A DNA stretch of 64,000 bases from an uncultured Planctomycetota bacterium (GCA_963823665.1 CAWGMQ010000004.1:1952001-2016000); one strand, 5' to 3'. Positions 1 through 13,939 are shown, numbered from the stretch's first letter. A program made the numbers and translations. Notes: generated by a model from the letters alone, not told the origin.

Positions 1-588
1 CCCACCTTCTCGCCCAAATACAACATCGCGCCGAACGACCCCGTCGCCACCGTCTCGGCAAGCATGCAGCGCCCGCCTCGCGATATCCGATTCCTCGACT
101 GGGGATTGATCTTCGACGAAAAGGACGTCCAGTCCAAAGACGATCGTGTCACCACCGTCCCCGAGGATGAGCTATCCGCACCACGCTACACGCCCGCGTT
201 CCGTTTCAAACGATGCTTGATCCTTGCCGACGGCCTTTATCTCTGGAAAACAGCGAACGACGCGCCCAGGTACATGGTCCGTCGAGACCGCCAGCCGTTC
301 ACCTTCGCCGGGATCAGAGAACACTACGCAAGCGGTGACATTTCATTCGATACCTGCGCCATCATAACGGCAATCCTGAATGAAACCGGAACGTCCCGGC
401 AGGCAATGCCGGCCGTCGTCGCACCCCAAGATTACGATAAGTGGCTCAGTCCCATGGTGACGAAGGTCAAGTTGCTCGCGACTCTGATTGGCCCACTGCC
501 TGTTCGCGAAATGGAATCGCGGGAGGTAGGAGATCACGTCAAGCAGGTGAGCTTCAAAAACTCAGAATGCACCGAACCCCGGCAGTAG
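1..588 (+). CDS. SOS response-associated peptidase (SRAP/YedK/HMCES) family protein, 5' end outside window, catalytic motifs degenerate
   Basis: Frame 1 is open from base 1: PKYNIAPND...WGLI...RCLILADGLYLWK...PFTFAGI...TCAIIT...MPAVV...WL. Confidence 0.8.
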   Translation, partial: PTFSPKYNIAPNDPVATVSASMQRPPRDIRFLDWGLIFDEKDVQSKDDRVTTVPEDELSAPRYTPAFRFKRCLILADGLYLWKTANDAPRYMVRRDRQPFTFAGIREHYASGDISFDTCAIITAILNETGTSRQAMPAVVAPQDYDKWLSPMVTKVKLLATLIGPLPVREMESREVGDHVKQVSFKNSECTEPRQ

Positions 589-653
589 AATCGCGACAGT
601 CAGCGACTTGAGTGCCGCCACACGCGACCAAAAGTCCAAGCGCCGGCCCGCGC

Positions 654-1118
654 TTATTCCTCCCCGTTCAGCCCGAACTCGAACAACACAAAACGCTCCG
701 CTACCTCTTTGCCGCCCACCGATGCGTAAAGCAACCGGGCCGCGTTGTTCGATGGCTCGGTGGCCACCCATGCGCGGTGGCAGCCCAGAGTACGCCCGTG
801 TTCTAACAGCGCATCCACCAGCATGCGGGCAATTCCGTGTCCCTGGTGCTCGGGGCCTACAGCCACCTCATTCACCCAAAGCTCTGGCGGTTTGTCCGGA
901 CGAAGGAACTGCACCCCCGACGCCATACCGACCACCAGGTCGCCATCCACGGCAACCACCAGGTGGTGCCGCGCGTCGGCCAGAAACTCTACCGTCCATG
1001 TAGCGTCGATCCCTTTCTCGAACACCCCGGGCGCCACGTTCTCGAGCACCTCGGCATCACCAGGGCCAAGCAACTGGATCCTGACGCTCACCGCATCTGG
1101 CGCAATCACTCGTTGCAC
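654..1118 (-). CDS. GNAT family N-acetyltransferase
   Basis: EVAVGPEHQGHGIA acetyl-CoA motif A and NNAARLLYASVG motif B. Confidence 0.85.
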   Translation of the reverse strand: MQRVIAPDAVSVRIQLLGPGDAEVLENVAPGVFEKGIDATWTVEFLADARHHLVVAVDGDLVVGMASGVQFLRPDKPPELWVNEVAVGPEHQGHGIARMLVDALLEHGRTLGCHRAWVATEPSNNAARLLYASVGGKEVAERFVLFEFGLNGEE

Positions 1119-1355
1119 ATTCTACCGCCTGATTCCTGAAAGCCTGTCGGAACGGAACATCACGACAATACCTTTGCAACGCAAAGTTATTCTGTCAAGT
1201 CAGATCTCCGCGTGGGGACCGTTCACGCCAGGGAATCCGCCCATCGACGCCCGGATATTCCCCGCAATCACACGAAGTCGCATTAGACACCCCGAGCAAC
1301 GCCGAAGCCACTGGGCTGTGCGTCGCGGGTACGGGCGACCGCAGGCTTCACCGCC

Positions 1356-2156
1356 ATGAGTCGACTGGAATCGGGAACTGTGCCAGCTCCCGTCGCGCAA
1401 GCCGCCGTTTCCCGGATGCGAAGACCAGAGCCCCATAATTCTTGCGAGCATGCCGTCGAAGACGCGTTTCAAGCAACCTTCCTGGTGCTCGTCCGGCGCG
1501 CTCGATCGCTCTGGGTGCGAGACTCGCTCGGTCCCTGGCTTTTTCAGGTGGCCGTTCGGGTATCAGCCTCGGCGCGCGCTTCGGAGGTTCGCCGCCGCCG
1601 GCTCGAACAACGCAAGGCTAGCCAGACCGAGATCCTCGTGTTCGACCGAAATTGCGACGACCTGAGTCCAGTCATTCACCAGGAGCTTGCCCGGCTCCCG
1701 GACCAGTTCCGCGCCGCCGTGGTGCTCTGCTGCCTGGAAGGCCTCTCCCAGCAGCAAGCGGCCACGCAGCTCGGCTGGCCGCTGGGAACTCTGCAAAGCC
1801 GCCTGGCACGGGGCAGGGAGCAACTGCGAGCGAAGTTGACGCGCCGGGGCATCGCCCCATCGGGTACTCTGCTCGCGGCACTCTTGTCGTCGGAGAGCAC
1901 CCGCGCCGCTTTTCCCGCGCCGCTGGCAAGCTCGACGATTCGAATGGCCGTGCATCACGCGTCAGGCAAAGCCGCTGGTGCCGCAGCGACCGCGTCACCA
2001 GTCATCCTGCTAACCCAAGGAGTCTTGAAAACGATGGTGCTCCAGAAACTGAAACTCGCGCTCACACTGATCTTGGCTGTCGCGATCACCGCGGCGGGTG
2101 CCGGCGTATGGGCGCACCAAACTTCCCAGGCTGACTCGGACCCGCAATTCGAGTGA
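1356..2156 (+). pseudogene. Truncated planctomycete-type ECF sigma-70 factor with C-terminal TM helix
   Basis: EDAFQATFLVL...PWLFQVA and LEGLSQQQAATQLGWPLGTLQSRLARGR present; the N-terminal part of region 2 and the extracytoplasmic domain seen in the paralog at 45572-49164 are missing. Confidence 0.65.
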
Positions 2157-2178
2157 GTAGGTCAGGCTTCAACCTGAC
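2157..2178 (+). repeat. GTAG-type REP-like hairpin between convergent genes
   Basis: GTAG followed by gtcagg-cttcaa-cctgac inverted repeat. Confidence 0.4.
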
Positions 2179-2235
2179 GATTGAGTAAGTCAGCGTCCAG
2201 CCCACCGTCCCGAACCTCAAGTCCGCATCCTCTCA

Positions 2236-3198
2236 TCAACGCTCGTCCGATTTCGCCTTGTTCTGCCGTTCGCGAATGCGCACGGCCCGCGGTTTCTCGA
2301 TGACCTGCTTTGCCAGAATGATGCACCAGTAGGGTGTGCCGTTCTTGGCGACAGCGTAGCCCACGCCGACCTCCCGGTAATCATCCAGAGCGCCGGAATC
2401 ATCCCCCAGAACCGTCTTCGCCGCCTCGACGTGGGTCGGAGCATTTCCGGCCAGCATGATGCGGAATTCCCGCCCGCGAGGTGCTTCCGTCTCGATCAGC
2501 TTGAACGGGTCGCCTTCCAGCTTGGATGTGTCCTTCTTGGCCATCACGGCGCTGATTTCCATGGCGGCCTTGCCGATCTTCGTTTCGGCCTTGATAAGGG
2601 GCTTTTTATTCTTCTTCCGGTCTTCGTTCAAATACTTCACAAGCGCCGCTGCCGCCTCTTTGGGCTTGAGCTGCACGATCGGGGTTCCCAGCGTCACGCA
2701 CCAGTAATTAACCCCTCGGTCGTCCTTGGCTCGCGCCGCTCCCATTTCGGTAAAATCGGCCATGATGTTCTCGCGATGACCGGGGCTTTCCAGCCAGCCA
2801 GTCATGACCTCCAGAACGGTCTTCTGGCCATCCGCGACATTTTCGCCCACGACGACGTACGCATATCCCGTCCGCTTGACTCGCTCGGCCACGGTCGACT
2901 TATCGCTCCCAGCGTGGCCACCCTCATGATGCTCGGCCATGTCCTTGGCGTGAGCGGCCGCCGCCTGAGACAGCTTTTCGGATAGCTTGAGCGGCGTCTT
3001 CCCGTCGTTCTCTCGAACGCGGTTATGAGCTTCCAGGAGCGCGGCAGCAATCGGGTCAACCGGCTTCTCGCCTTTGGTCGAACCGGGCCGGGCACCCTTG
3101 GACTTTTCGACCGGATCCTGCACGCCAGCGAACGCAAGGCTCATTCCCAAGCACATCGAGGCGCCGAGTAACGCAGCTTTCTTGACGACGGGAATCAT
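2236..3198 (-). CDS. Secreted CAP (SCP-like) domain protein with two CAP repeats
   Basis: Signal peptide after MIPVVKK; HNRVR...AAAAHAKDMA...GENVA...WLESPGHRENI; second degenerate repeat ending GVGYA...YWC. Confidence 0.85.
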   Translation of the reverse strand: MIPVVKKAALLGASMCLGMSLAFAGVQDPVEKSKGARPGSTKGEKPVDPIAAALLEAHNRVRENDGKTPLKLSEKLSQAAAAHAKDMAEHHEGGHAGSDKSTVAERVKRTGYAYVVVGENVADGQKTVLEVMTGWLESPGHRENIMADFTEMGAARAKDDRGVNYWCVTLGTPIVQLKPKEAAAALVKYLNEDRKKNKKPLIKAETKIGKAAMEISAVMAKKDTSKLEGDPFKLIETEAPRGREFRIMLAGNAPTHVEAAKTVLGDDSGALDDYREVGVGYAVAKNGTPYWCIILAKQVIEKPRAVRIRERQNKAKSDER

Positions 3199-3457
3199 TG
3201 TGGGACCCCTGAAGGAGTTGGTCGCTTCACCCGATGCCTGCTCGTCTTCGGGCGTCCCGGCAGTCTGCACCACCGGTCTCAAACTCCCGGCAGGCCCGTG
3301 GTCGAAACTCGTAGTGCCGGCATCCACAGTTAAGCGGCCTTGCTCAGTGCCCATGCACCACCCGCGAAAAAACCTCGTTCCCCACCGGCTCAAGTTGTAA
3401 GATGAGATCATTGTAGAACGCACGGAGGGAGCCCGTCCATCCGAGGGAAGTGCCCGC

Positions 3458-6672
<3,215 letters not shown>

Positions 6673-6722
6673 GCTGAATCACTGGTCTGAAGTCGTGCGC
6701 GGCCTTTTTCTCGGGGAATTCC

Positions 6723-8176
6723 ATGCACTGCCAGCGATTTCTGGGATCGAGCTTGAGCCGCCGCGACATGCTCTTACGGTGCGCAAACGGCTTCGGTGCA
6801 CTGGCGGCCGCGGCACTCCTTCACGATCCGGCCTACGGCGCAATCCTGAGCGATTCCGACCTCGACCGCAATGCGCCAGGAGATAATCCGCTTTCGCCCC
6901 GGCCTCCGCAATTTCCCGCCAAGGCGCGGAGCGTCATCTTCCTGTTCATGGACGGCGGCCCGTCGCAGCTTGATACGTTCGACCCCAAACCCAGGCTCGA
7001 TCGCGAGCACGGTAGCCCGATCAAGGTCAAGACCCACCCGACTCAGTTCAACAACGTCGGCAACGTGCTCAGATGCCCGTGGAGGTTTCGCCGCTACGGC
7101 CAGAGTGGCATCCCCGTCAGCGACTTGTTCCCGAAGGTCGGAGCGTGCGTCGACCAGCTTGCCATCGTGCGGTCGATGGTCTCGAATTTCTCGGAGCATA
7201 CGACCGCCAATTACTTCATGCATACGGGCAGCGGCCTGCAAGGCCGGCCCAGCCACGGCGCATGGGTCACTTACGGCCTTGGTAGCATGTCGCAGGATCT
7301 ACCCGGCTTCGTGGTCTTGAACGGCGGACTGATCCCACCCGGCGGCATGGATTGCTTCAGCTCAGGATTTCTCCCGGCGTCTTATCAAGGCTCGGTCTTC
7401 AAGCCCAGTTCCACTCCGATCGCCAACCTGACCCCGAGCGAGTCCACCGGGAACGCCCAGTCCCGCAAGCTCGAGTTGCTCCGCAAGCTCGACCAGGGCG
7501 TGCTCGGTCGCATCGGCCATCATGATGCCCTCGAGGCGGCCGTCGCCAACTACGAGCTGGCCTACCGCATGCAGACAGCCGTTCCCGAGTTGATGAGCTT
7601 CTCCGGCGAGTCGGCCGCCACCCAGCGCCTTTACGGCCTCGACAGTCCCTACGCCCCGACGCAAATCTTCGGGCGCGAATGCCTGATCGCCCGGCGGCTG
7701 GTTGAACGGGGTGTGCGCTTCATCGAGCTGTTATGCCCCGCGGTCGGCGGCGACCGCTGGGACCAGCACTCTGACCTGAAAAATGGCCATGAGAACAACG
7801 CCCGCGCCGTCGATCAACCGATCGCGGCCTTGCTCACGGACCTCAAGTCACGCGGCCTCCTGGACAGCACGCTCATCATCTGGGGCGGCGAGTTCGGCGC
7901 ACGCCCATGGCCCAGGGCACCGACGGACGCGACCACAACCCCTACGGCTTCACCATGTGGCTCGCCGGCGGCGGAATCAAAGGTGGAACAATCTACGGCG
8001 CCACCGACGACTACGGCTACCACGCCGTCGAAAACAAAGTCGAAGTCTACGACCTCCACGCCACGATGCTCCATCTCCTGGGCGTCGATCACAAGCGCCT
8101 CACCTACCGCTTCGGCGGCCGCGACATGCGCCTGACCGACGTCCACGGCGAAGTCGTGCACGGCATCATCGCGTAA
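6723..8176 (+). CDS. DUF1501 domain protein (Tat signal), frameshift near 7899
   Basis: SRRDML twin-arginine motif, [31 protein letters not shown]-(R)TPMAQG...GRDHNP continuing in the next frame. Confidence 0.9.
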
Positions 8177-8201
8177 TCGAGCGAGAAACGGAGCGTTGAT
8201 C

Positions 8202-8837
8202 ATGTCCACGATCACACCCACCCAGTCGCCGGCGAATTCGGGAGGAAAGGTTCCAGAGCCTGCTCACCCCGTCTCCGAGCTGATCGACGCAACAGAGACC
8301 CTTTACCGCCTCACGGTCGAGGAGTACGAGCAGCTCGCGGGTTTCCTGGACGACGATCGGGTCGAGCTCATCGACGGCTACCTGGTGAAAAAAATGGTTA
8401 AGAACCCGCCTCATGTGGTCGCATGCGCACGCGTCGTTGCAACCCTTGCGCGAATCGCCCCGGCTGGCTGGCACACGCGGCCAGGCGAGCCAATACGAAT
8501 CGCGGGGCGTACCGAGCCAGAGCCAGACGTGGCCTTGGCGCGAGGCGTTATTGACGACTACGCGTTGGCTCATCCGGAACCGCACGACATCGCGCTGGTC
8601 GTGGAGGTCGCGGACACAACAGTGGCCAAAGACCGCCGGCGCGGGCGAACTTATGGCCCGGCAGGAATCCCGGTCTACTGGATCGTCAACCTAATGACCC
8701 GCCGCGTCGAGGTCTACACGAATCCGAGCCCGGATGGTTACACAGAGCGCGTCGATTACGCGCCTGGCGAGTTTATCCCGCTCGTGATAAATGGCGAGAT
8801 CGTCGGCCAAGTTCCGGTCGACGATATCCTGCCGTGA
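8202..8837 (+). CDS. Uma2/DUF820 family endonuclease
   Basis: RLTVEEY, VELIDG, PEPDV, LVVEVADT, GIPVYWIVNL. Confidence 0.9.
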   Translation: MSTITPTQSPANSGGKVPEPAHPVSELIDATETLYRLTVEEYEQLAGFLDDDRVELIDGYLVKKMVKNPPHVVACARVVATLARIAPAGWHTRPGEPIRIAGRTEPEPDVALARGVIDDYALAHPEPHDIALVVEVADTTVAKDRRRGRTYGPAGIPVYWIVNLMTRRVEVYTNPSPDGYTERVDYAPGEFIPLVINGEIVGQVPVDDILP

Positions 8838-8873
8838 CGGCCCTCGCACGCCGGTGCGCTGCTCTGGCCCGAA

Positions 8874-9197
8874 TCACTCCCGCACGCGCACATGCTGAAT
8901 CTGATTCTTGTCAAGCCACGACAGCAGCGCCTCCTGCTCCTCCGTCAGCTCAACCTCCGTCATATTCGCTGAGTCAAGCGGTGAAACCAGATAGAAAACC
9001 CCTTCGTCAACCCACTTCTTGACCTCATCGCGAGCAAACCAGCACTCGTTTTCCCCCAGCGAAGGCATGCCGGCGGCCGAAGGCGCCGCCATGAAGTAAA
9101 CAAGTTGGCCCCTCATCCGCGGCGAGATCAATAGCGGTCGCACATCGGGTCGATCCAGGGCAACCAGGCTGCATTGCGACATCTCGAACGACCTCAT
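8874..9197 (-). CDS. Hypothetical protein translationally coupled to the PQQ dehydrogenase
   Basis: 4-bp start/stop overlap with the upstream gene; natural globular composition. Confidence 0.7.
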   Translation of the reverse strand: MRSFEMSQCSLVALDRPDVRPLLISPRMRGQLVYFMAAPSAAGMPSLGENECWFARDEVKKWVDEGVFYLVSPLDSANMTEVELTEEQEALLSWLDKNQIQHVRVRE

Positions 9198-11137
9198 TTC
9201 TGTTCCGGCAGACTGAACGCCACAAACGCATCACCCGCCTTCGTGCGCAGTTTGCCCGCGCCTCCGGCCGCAATCACAACGTATTGGCGGCCCTTCACCA
9301 TATAGGTACACGGAGTCGCGTACCCTCCCGCCGGCAGCGGGTGTTCCCACAGGAGTTTGCCGGTCAGCGTGTCATAGGCGTGAATGCGCTCGTCCTTGGT
9401 GCCGGCAATGAACACCAAGCCGCCGGCTGTCACAATCGAGCCGCCAAACGTCTCGGTACCGGTTCGCGGAATACCTCGCGCGGTTAATTCATCATACTCG
9501 CCTAACGGAACCTGCCAGGCGAATTCGCCCGAGTTCAGATTGATCGCGGTCAAGAGCCCCCACGGCGGCTTGATCGCCGGATAGCCCTCGTGGTCGAGGA
9601 ACTGCGCATAGCCCGTCGTGCCGTAGGGCCCGTATCTCGTTTTGTCTCGGCTCTTGGATTCGACAAGCGTGATGATATTCGGCACATTGTTCGAGTTAAC
9701 GTACAGGAATCCCGTTGTCGGGTCGAACGACGCCCCGGACCAGTTTGCTCCGCCGTGATAGCCGGGGATGACCACCGTCCCCGACAGGCTCGGTGGGTTG
9801 AAGGCCGGCCCACCGCGGATCTTCTTCAGTTGTTTGAGAACCGACGCCCGGTTAGCTTCGCCGATGTCGGTGATATTCATTTCATCCAGAAACTGGGCCG
9901 CGATCGGCGGTGGCTTGGTCGGAACCGGCTGCGTGGCAGATGCCTGCTCACTGGGCACGTCCGAGGCCGTTACACGCTGCTCGGTTATCTCGAATAACGG
10001 CTTGCCGGTTTCGCGTTCAAACAAGAAGACGTACCCCGTCTTCGTCACCTGCGCCACGGCATCGATCGACTTGCCGTCTCGAGCGACCGTGACAAGGTTC
10101 GGATAAACCGGCAGATCGTGGTCCCAGAGGTCATGTCGTAGCGTCTGAAAGTGCCAGACACGCTTGCCGGTCCTGGCGTCGAGGGCGATCGTGCAGTTCG
10201 CAAACAGATTATCGCCGTGCCGGTCGCCGCCATAGAAGTCGAACGCGGCCGAGCCAAGGCCGGCAAAGACCAGGCCACGACGGGTATCAACGCTGAATCC
10301 ACCCCACGCGTTGACTGCACCGCGCCCCTTCCACGATTCCCCTTTCCATGTCTCGTTCCCGAATTCTCCTGGCCCGGGCACTGTCTGGAAACGCCAGACT
10401 TCCTTGCCTGTGTGAATGTCAAACGCCCGGATATCCCCCGGCGCCGCAATTCCCGGCCCTTCCCCGCACGAAACGCCGACAATGATCGTATCGTGCCAGA
10501 TCGCGGGAGCCGAAGTGGGCCCGTAGTCAAGCGCAGCAACTTTCGGGTCGAGTCCCTCCCGAAGATTGCAGATTCCTCCGGCGCCGAACTTCGGATCGAG
10601 CTTTCCGGTCTTCGCGTCGAGCGAGAACAAGCGTCCGTCCGACGTCCCGTGAATGATCCGCCGCTCACCGCCTGGCTTCAGGTCCGACCAGTAAGCACAA
10701 CCTCGATTGACCCCTCCGGACGCCGTCCGGTGCGCAAACGGATGATCCCGCAACGGATCGAACTGCCAGAGTTCCTTGCCCCCCGCCGCGTCAAGAGCCA
10801 CCACGCGAAGATATCCGGTAGTCACATACATCACGCCGTCGATGACGATCGGCGTGCATTCGATCGTCTTGCCGGCGCGGCCTTCCAGCTCCCGCGTGTG
10901 AAACGTCCACGCCGGTTTGAGCCGCGCCACGCTGTCGCGATTGATTTGATCTAGCTCCGAATACCGCGTGCAACCGGGGTCGTTCCCGACCCCCGGCCAT
11001 TCGACGGCTTGCTGCGGCTCTCCAGCGAGCGCAGTCGCGAATTCCAGCAGACACAGAGCAGTAACCAGAAGAACAGGCATAGCAAATTTCCCGAGATGAC
11101 TTGCGACGTCCGACCGTCCAGCATACACGTGTCTCAC
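9194..11137 (-). CDS. PQQ-dependent dehydrogenase, glucose/quinate DH-like, secreted without the N-terminal membrane anchor
   Basis: YSELDQIN, ECTPIVIDG, W-docking repeats, HDLWDHDLP, GGANWSG, KPPWG, ATPCTY...GRQYVVIAAGG. Confidence 0.9.
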   Translation of the reverse strand: MRHVYAGRSDVASHLGKFAMPVLLVTALCLLEFATALAGEPQQAVEWPGVGNDPGCTRYSELDQINRDSVARLKPAWTFHTRELEGRAGKTIECTPIVIDGVMYVTTGYLRVVALDAAGGKELWQFDPLRDHPFAHRTASGGVNRGCAYWSDLKPGGERRIIHGTSDGRLFSLDAKTGKLDPKFGAGGICNLREGLDPKVAALDYGPTSAPAIWHDTIIVGVSCGEGPGIAAPGDIRAFDIHTGKEVWRFQTVPGPGEFGNETWKGESWKGRGAVNAWGGFSVDTRRGLVFAGLGSAAFDFYGGDRHGDNLFANCTIALDARTGKRVWHFQTLRHDLWDHDLPVYPNLVTVARDGKSIDAVAQVTKTGYVFLFERETGKPLFEITEQRVTASDVPSEQASATQPVPTKPPPIAAQFLDEMNITDIGEANRASVLKQLKKIRGGPAFNPPSLSGTVVIPGYHGGANWSGASFDPTTGFLYVNSNNVPNIITLVESKSRDKTRYGPYGTTGYAQFLDHEGYPAIKPPWGLLTAINLNSGEFAWQVPLGEYDELTARGIPRTGTETFGGSIVTAGGLVFIAGTKDERIHAYDTLTGKLLWEHPLPAGGYATPCTYMVKGRQYVVIAAGGAGKLRTKAGDAFVAFSLPEQK

Positions 11138-11152
11138 ACCAGACGGCGATCA

Positions 11153-11776
11153 TCATGGCGCCAAAACTCGGCGAGCGAGCGGTTCAAGTCGAAGGTTGAC
11201 AACCTCCACGTGCGGAATCGATCGCGCGGCACGCGGCAGCATCGGATCAACCAATCCCATCTGGGCGGCGGCTTGGCGTGTGGTGCCCACGGGTGCGGAC
11301 ATGCTTTTGATCAGGACAAGAGTCCGCGCTTGAAGATGCTCCGCGATCCGCGCCGCAATTGTGTCGGAGGTGACGTCCCAGGTCGCCGGAAGCCGGTCGG
11401 TGCCGTGGCGTTCGATCTCGTTCAAGACGTTTCGTGGAGCCACGATCGGCGTCGTTCCAGATTCCCGCGCGGCCGCAAGCATGTCGAGCCGGTCGACGGC
11501 CATCGAACCCGGCAACAGCCTCGCCAGAATAACCGCCGTCAAGTCGAGCGCGTGCAGAGCAAGCTCGTGGGCAACATCCTCTCCGAGTCCGTAAACGCGA
11601 TCAAGCGAACGGATCCAATCGGCCGCGGCCCCTCCGCCGGCGACCAGAACGATCTCTTCCATAGGGTCGTTCGCTCTCCGTGTCTCGAGCCAGGTCGTTA
11701 GCCGGCCTGGAAGCTCCGGCCAGCCCAACAGGCTGCCGCCAACCTTGACAACAGCCCGCGCGGTCGATCCGTTCAT
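11153..11776 (-). CDS. Amino-acid/uridylate kinase fold protein, MfnE-like (methanofuran biosynthesis)
   Basis: VVKVGGSL, GGGAAADWIR, AHELAL, LPATWDVTSDTIAA; C1 cluster context. Confidence 0.8.
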   Translation of the reverse strand: MNGSTARAVVKVGGSLLGWPELPGRLTTWLETRRANDPMEEIVLVAGGGAAADWIRSLDRVYGLGEDVAHELALHALDLTAVILARLLPGSMAVDRLDMLAAARESGTTPIVAPRNVLNEIERHGTDRLPATWDVTSDTIAARIAEHLQARTLVLIKSMSAPVGTTRQAAAQMGLVDPMLPRAARSIPHVEVVNLRLEPLARRVLAP

Positions 11777-12872
11777 GCCGATCGGTCCTCCTCGAGAAGC
11801 CCGGCACCGGGATCTCGACGCGAGTCGGAGTCACGTCCCAGGATTTCCGCCGCCAGCGTCACGAGCGCGAAGGCGCAGCCGGCCGATGAGGCGAGCGGGC
11901 CCCAAGCTTCTTCCAGACTGATGACCGGTCCTCCCGGGCCGACCAAGCTGTACGCCAACCGCTTGGCAAGGAAACTACCCGAACCCGAGATGACCGCGGC
12001 GCCCGGCTGCCCGATCGTGGCCGCACAGGCACGGAGACCGGCCTCGCAAAGTCGCGCCGTCAAGCATTCATCGGCGGCCTGAGAGAACGCGATTGCATCC
12101 AGAGCAGAGAAGCTGTCGCGATCGGCACCGACCATCCGCGCCAGGCGGTCGCGCGCTGCCGCAACTGTCGCGGGACGGCCATCGGCCGTCGAGCTGTTCT
12201 CGGGCTCGGCCTCGATATCACCCAGTACGAGATAGATATCAAGCGTCGACGCAAAGATCTCGGCGGCCAGGCCGGTAGGAATTCCCCGCAGTGGCAGCTC
12301 GGTTGCGAGCGCGCAGATGGGTGTTCGCCGAACGCCCGCGTACACGAGCTCGCCGTTCTGAAAGCGTTCCGTATCCGTGCGCCCGCGCGCCGAACTTGCC
12401 CCGAGTCGATCGGAATCAAGTCCGCCGTTGTCGTGCCGATATCGATCAGGATCCCCCGCGCCGCAGGAACCAATCGGGCAGCGAGCGTCGCGAGCGCCAG
12501 CCAGTTCGCCGCTGCGGCCAGTTGCGGATTCTGGCGAATCTCGGGCACGGAATGAATTCCGCCATCGCATCCCCACACGACGATCGAGCGGCCCTGAAGA
12601 CCCTCGACGGCCGCGTCAAGGACTGCCCCCACGCCGACCGCCTTCGTCGGGTAACAGTCGCAAAGCTCGGCGGTCATCGTCACAACCGCCTGATCCGCGT
12701 GGCGCAGTGCCGCCGCGGCCGCCCCGATTGCCTTCCCAAGCTCGTCAGGGCGCTTCCATACCTCGAACGGGATCGTGAGCGCCTGGCCGGAGCTATGTGC
12801 AGCCTTGATATTGGCACCGCCGATGTCCAATGCGATCAGAGGAGTATGATCTCGAACGACTGCATTGCTCAT
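11773..12872 (-). CDS. H4MPT-linked C1 transfer protein, hydantoinase/oxoprolinase family (MfnF-like), frameshift near 12392
   Basis: LDIGGANIK, TMTAELCDC, AAANW, DIGTTTAD, then TDTERF...GELVYAGVRRTP, TADGRP, RLARMVGAD. Confidence 0.85.
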
Positions 12873-12884
12873 GGCTCGATCGAC

Positions 12885-13919
12885 TCACTCTTGATCGGCA
12901 AACTCGCCATCCGCATCGAATACCACCGCCTCGCTGGACTGTACCAGGCCGTTTAGACTTCCGAGTAGCTCGTCGTCGCGATCCGTCGATCGAAATACCT
13001 CAAGCCAAGCCTGAGCCAGACGGCCCGCCGGCAGAAGCCGGCATAGCCCGACCACGGAGGTCGTCGGGCGCGGGTTGATTTCGAGAATCGTGGCCTGCCG
13101 GCGCTGCTCGTCCCAGATGAAATCGATTCCCACGAATCCTCCGAGACCTTCGATCGTACCAAGCGCGCGCCCGACTTGATGCACCGCCTCCGGACAGCGC
13201 GCCGGTATCTCACCTCCTCGGTATAGAAACCGCCCGTCGCGGATTTCCATTCGCTGTCTGCCGACGCCGACCGGCCACGCTCGGCCCTCCGGGCTCACCA
13301 GAAAGCTGGCGCTCATGGGCTCGCCCGGCACGAAGGGTTGTAAGAGAGCCTGTGGCATCCGCAGCGCGCGTTCCGGCACGTCGGCAGGACCGTCCAGAAA
13401 GAAAGTATCCACCGAACCGGCGCCATCCACCGGCTTCAGCACGGCCGGGTATCGCGTAAACTCAGGTAACCCATCACCTGGAATAACCGCGTGCGCGGGA
13501 GGCGTATCGATCCCCCTCGATCGAAGATGCGCACTCAGCCGAATCTTGTCGCCGGTGAGGTCGACAGCCCCGGCAGTCGAGCCGAGAATTCGTGCGCCAG
13601 CCCGCTCGAGATCGCGACTCAATCGCGCCAGCACCCCGCCAGTCTCAGGCGCGACCAGCACGATAAAATCAACCGCTGCTGCGCACACTAGAAGCTTGCG
13701 GTCGTGCTCATTCTCGGCAATCCTTGCGATGTCCCAGGGCCCAGGTTCCCCGGGCAACCGCGCGTCAAGCGTCATGACGACTTTGACATCACTGGATGGC
13801 AAGGCGGCAAAATCACGGGCGATTGCCCTGCGCATTGCGCTGCCCTCGCGTTCCCACGAGGCTGGCAGAGGCGCACCGGCCAGCCCTCCGCCGGTCACCC
13901 ACTCATGAACCAGAACCAC
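12885..13919 (-). CDS. ATP-grasp ligase, MfnD-like (tyramine-glutamate ligase)
   Basis: HEWVTGGG, EGSAM, VAPETGG, LKPVDGAGS, GFVGID, EINPRPTTS; GTG start at 13919 inferred. Confidence 0.85.
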   Translation of the reverse strand: MVLVHEWVTGGGLAGAPLPASWEREGSAMRRAIARDFAALPSSDVKVVMTLDARLPGEPGPWDIARIAENEHDRKLLVCAAAVDFIVLVAPETGGVLARLSRDLERAGARILGSTAGAVDLTGDKIRLSAHLRSRGIDTPPAHAVIPGDGLPEFTRYPAVLKPVDGAGSVDTFFLDGPADVPERALRMPQALLQPFVPGEPMSASFLVSPEGRAWPVGVGRQRMEIRDGRFLYRGGEIPARCPEAVHQVGRALGTIEGLGGFVGIDFIWDEQRRQATILEINPRPTTSVVGLCRLLPAGRLAQAWLEVFRSTDRDDELLGSLNGLVQSSEAVVFDADGEFADQE

Positions 13920-13939
13920 GACTGCGAGCCCGAACCGCC

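Noticed and set aside
9194..11137. Methanol dehydrogenase (MxaF/XoxF) call for the PQQ enzyme
   Set aside because: No vicinal Cys-Cys active-site motif; GGANW and KPPWG blocks are glucose/quinate DH type; the WDxD motif is not diagnostic for lanthanide use in this family
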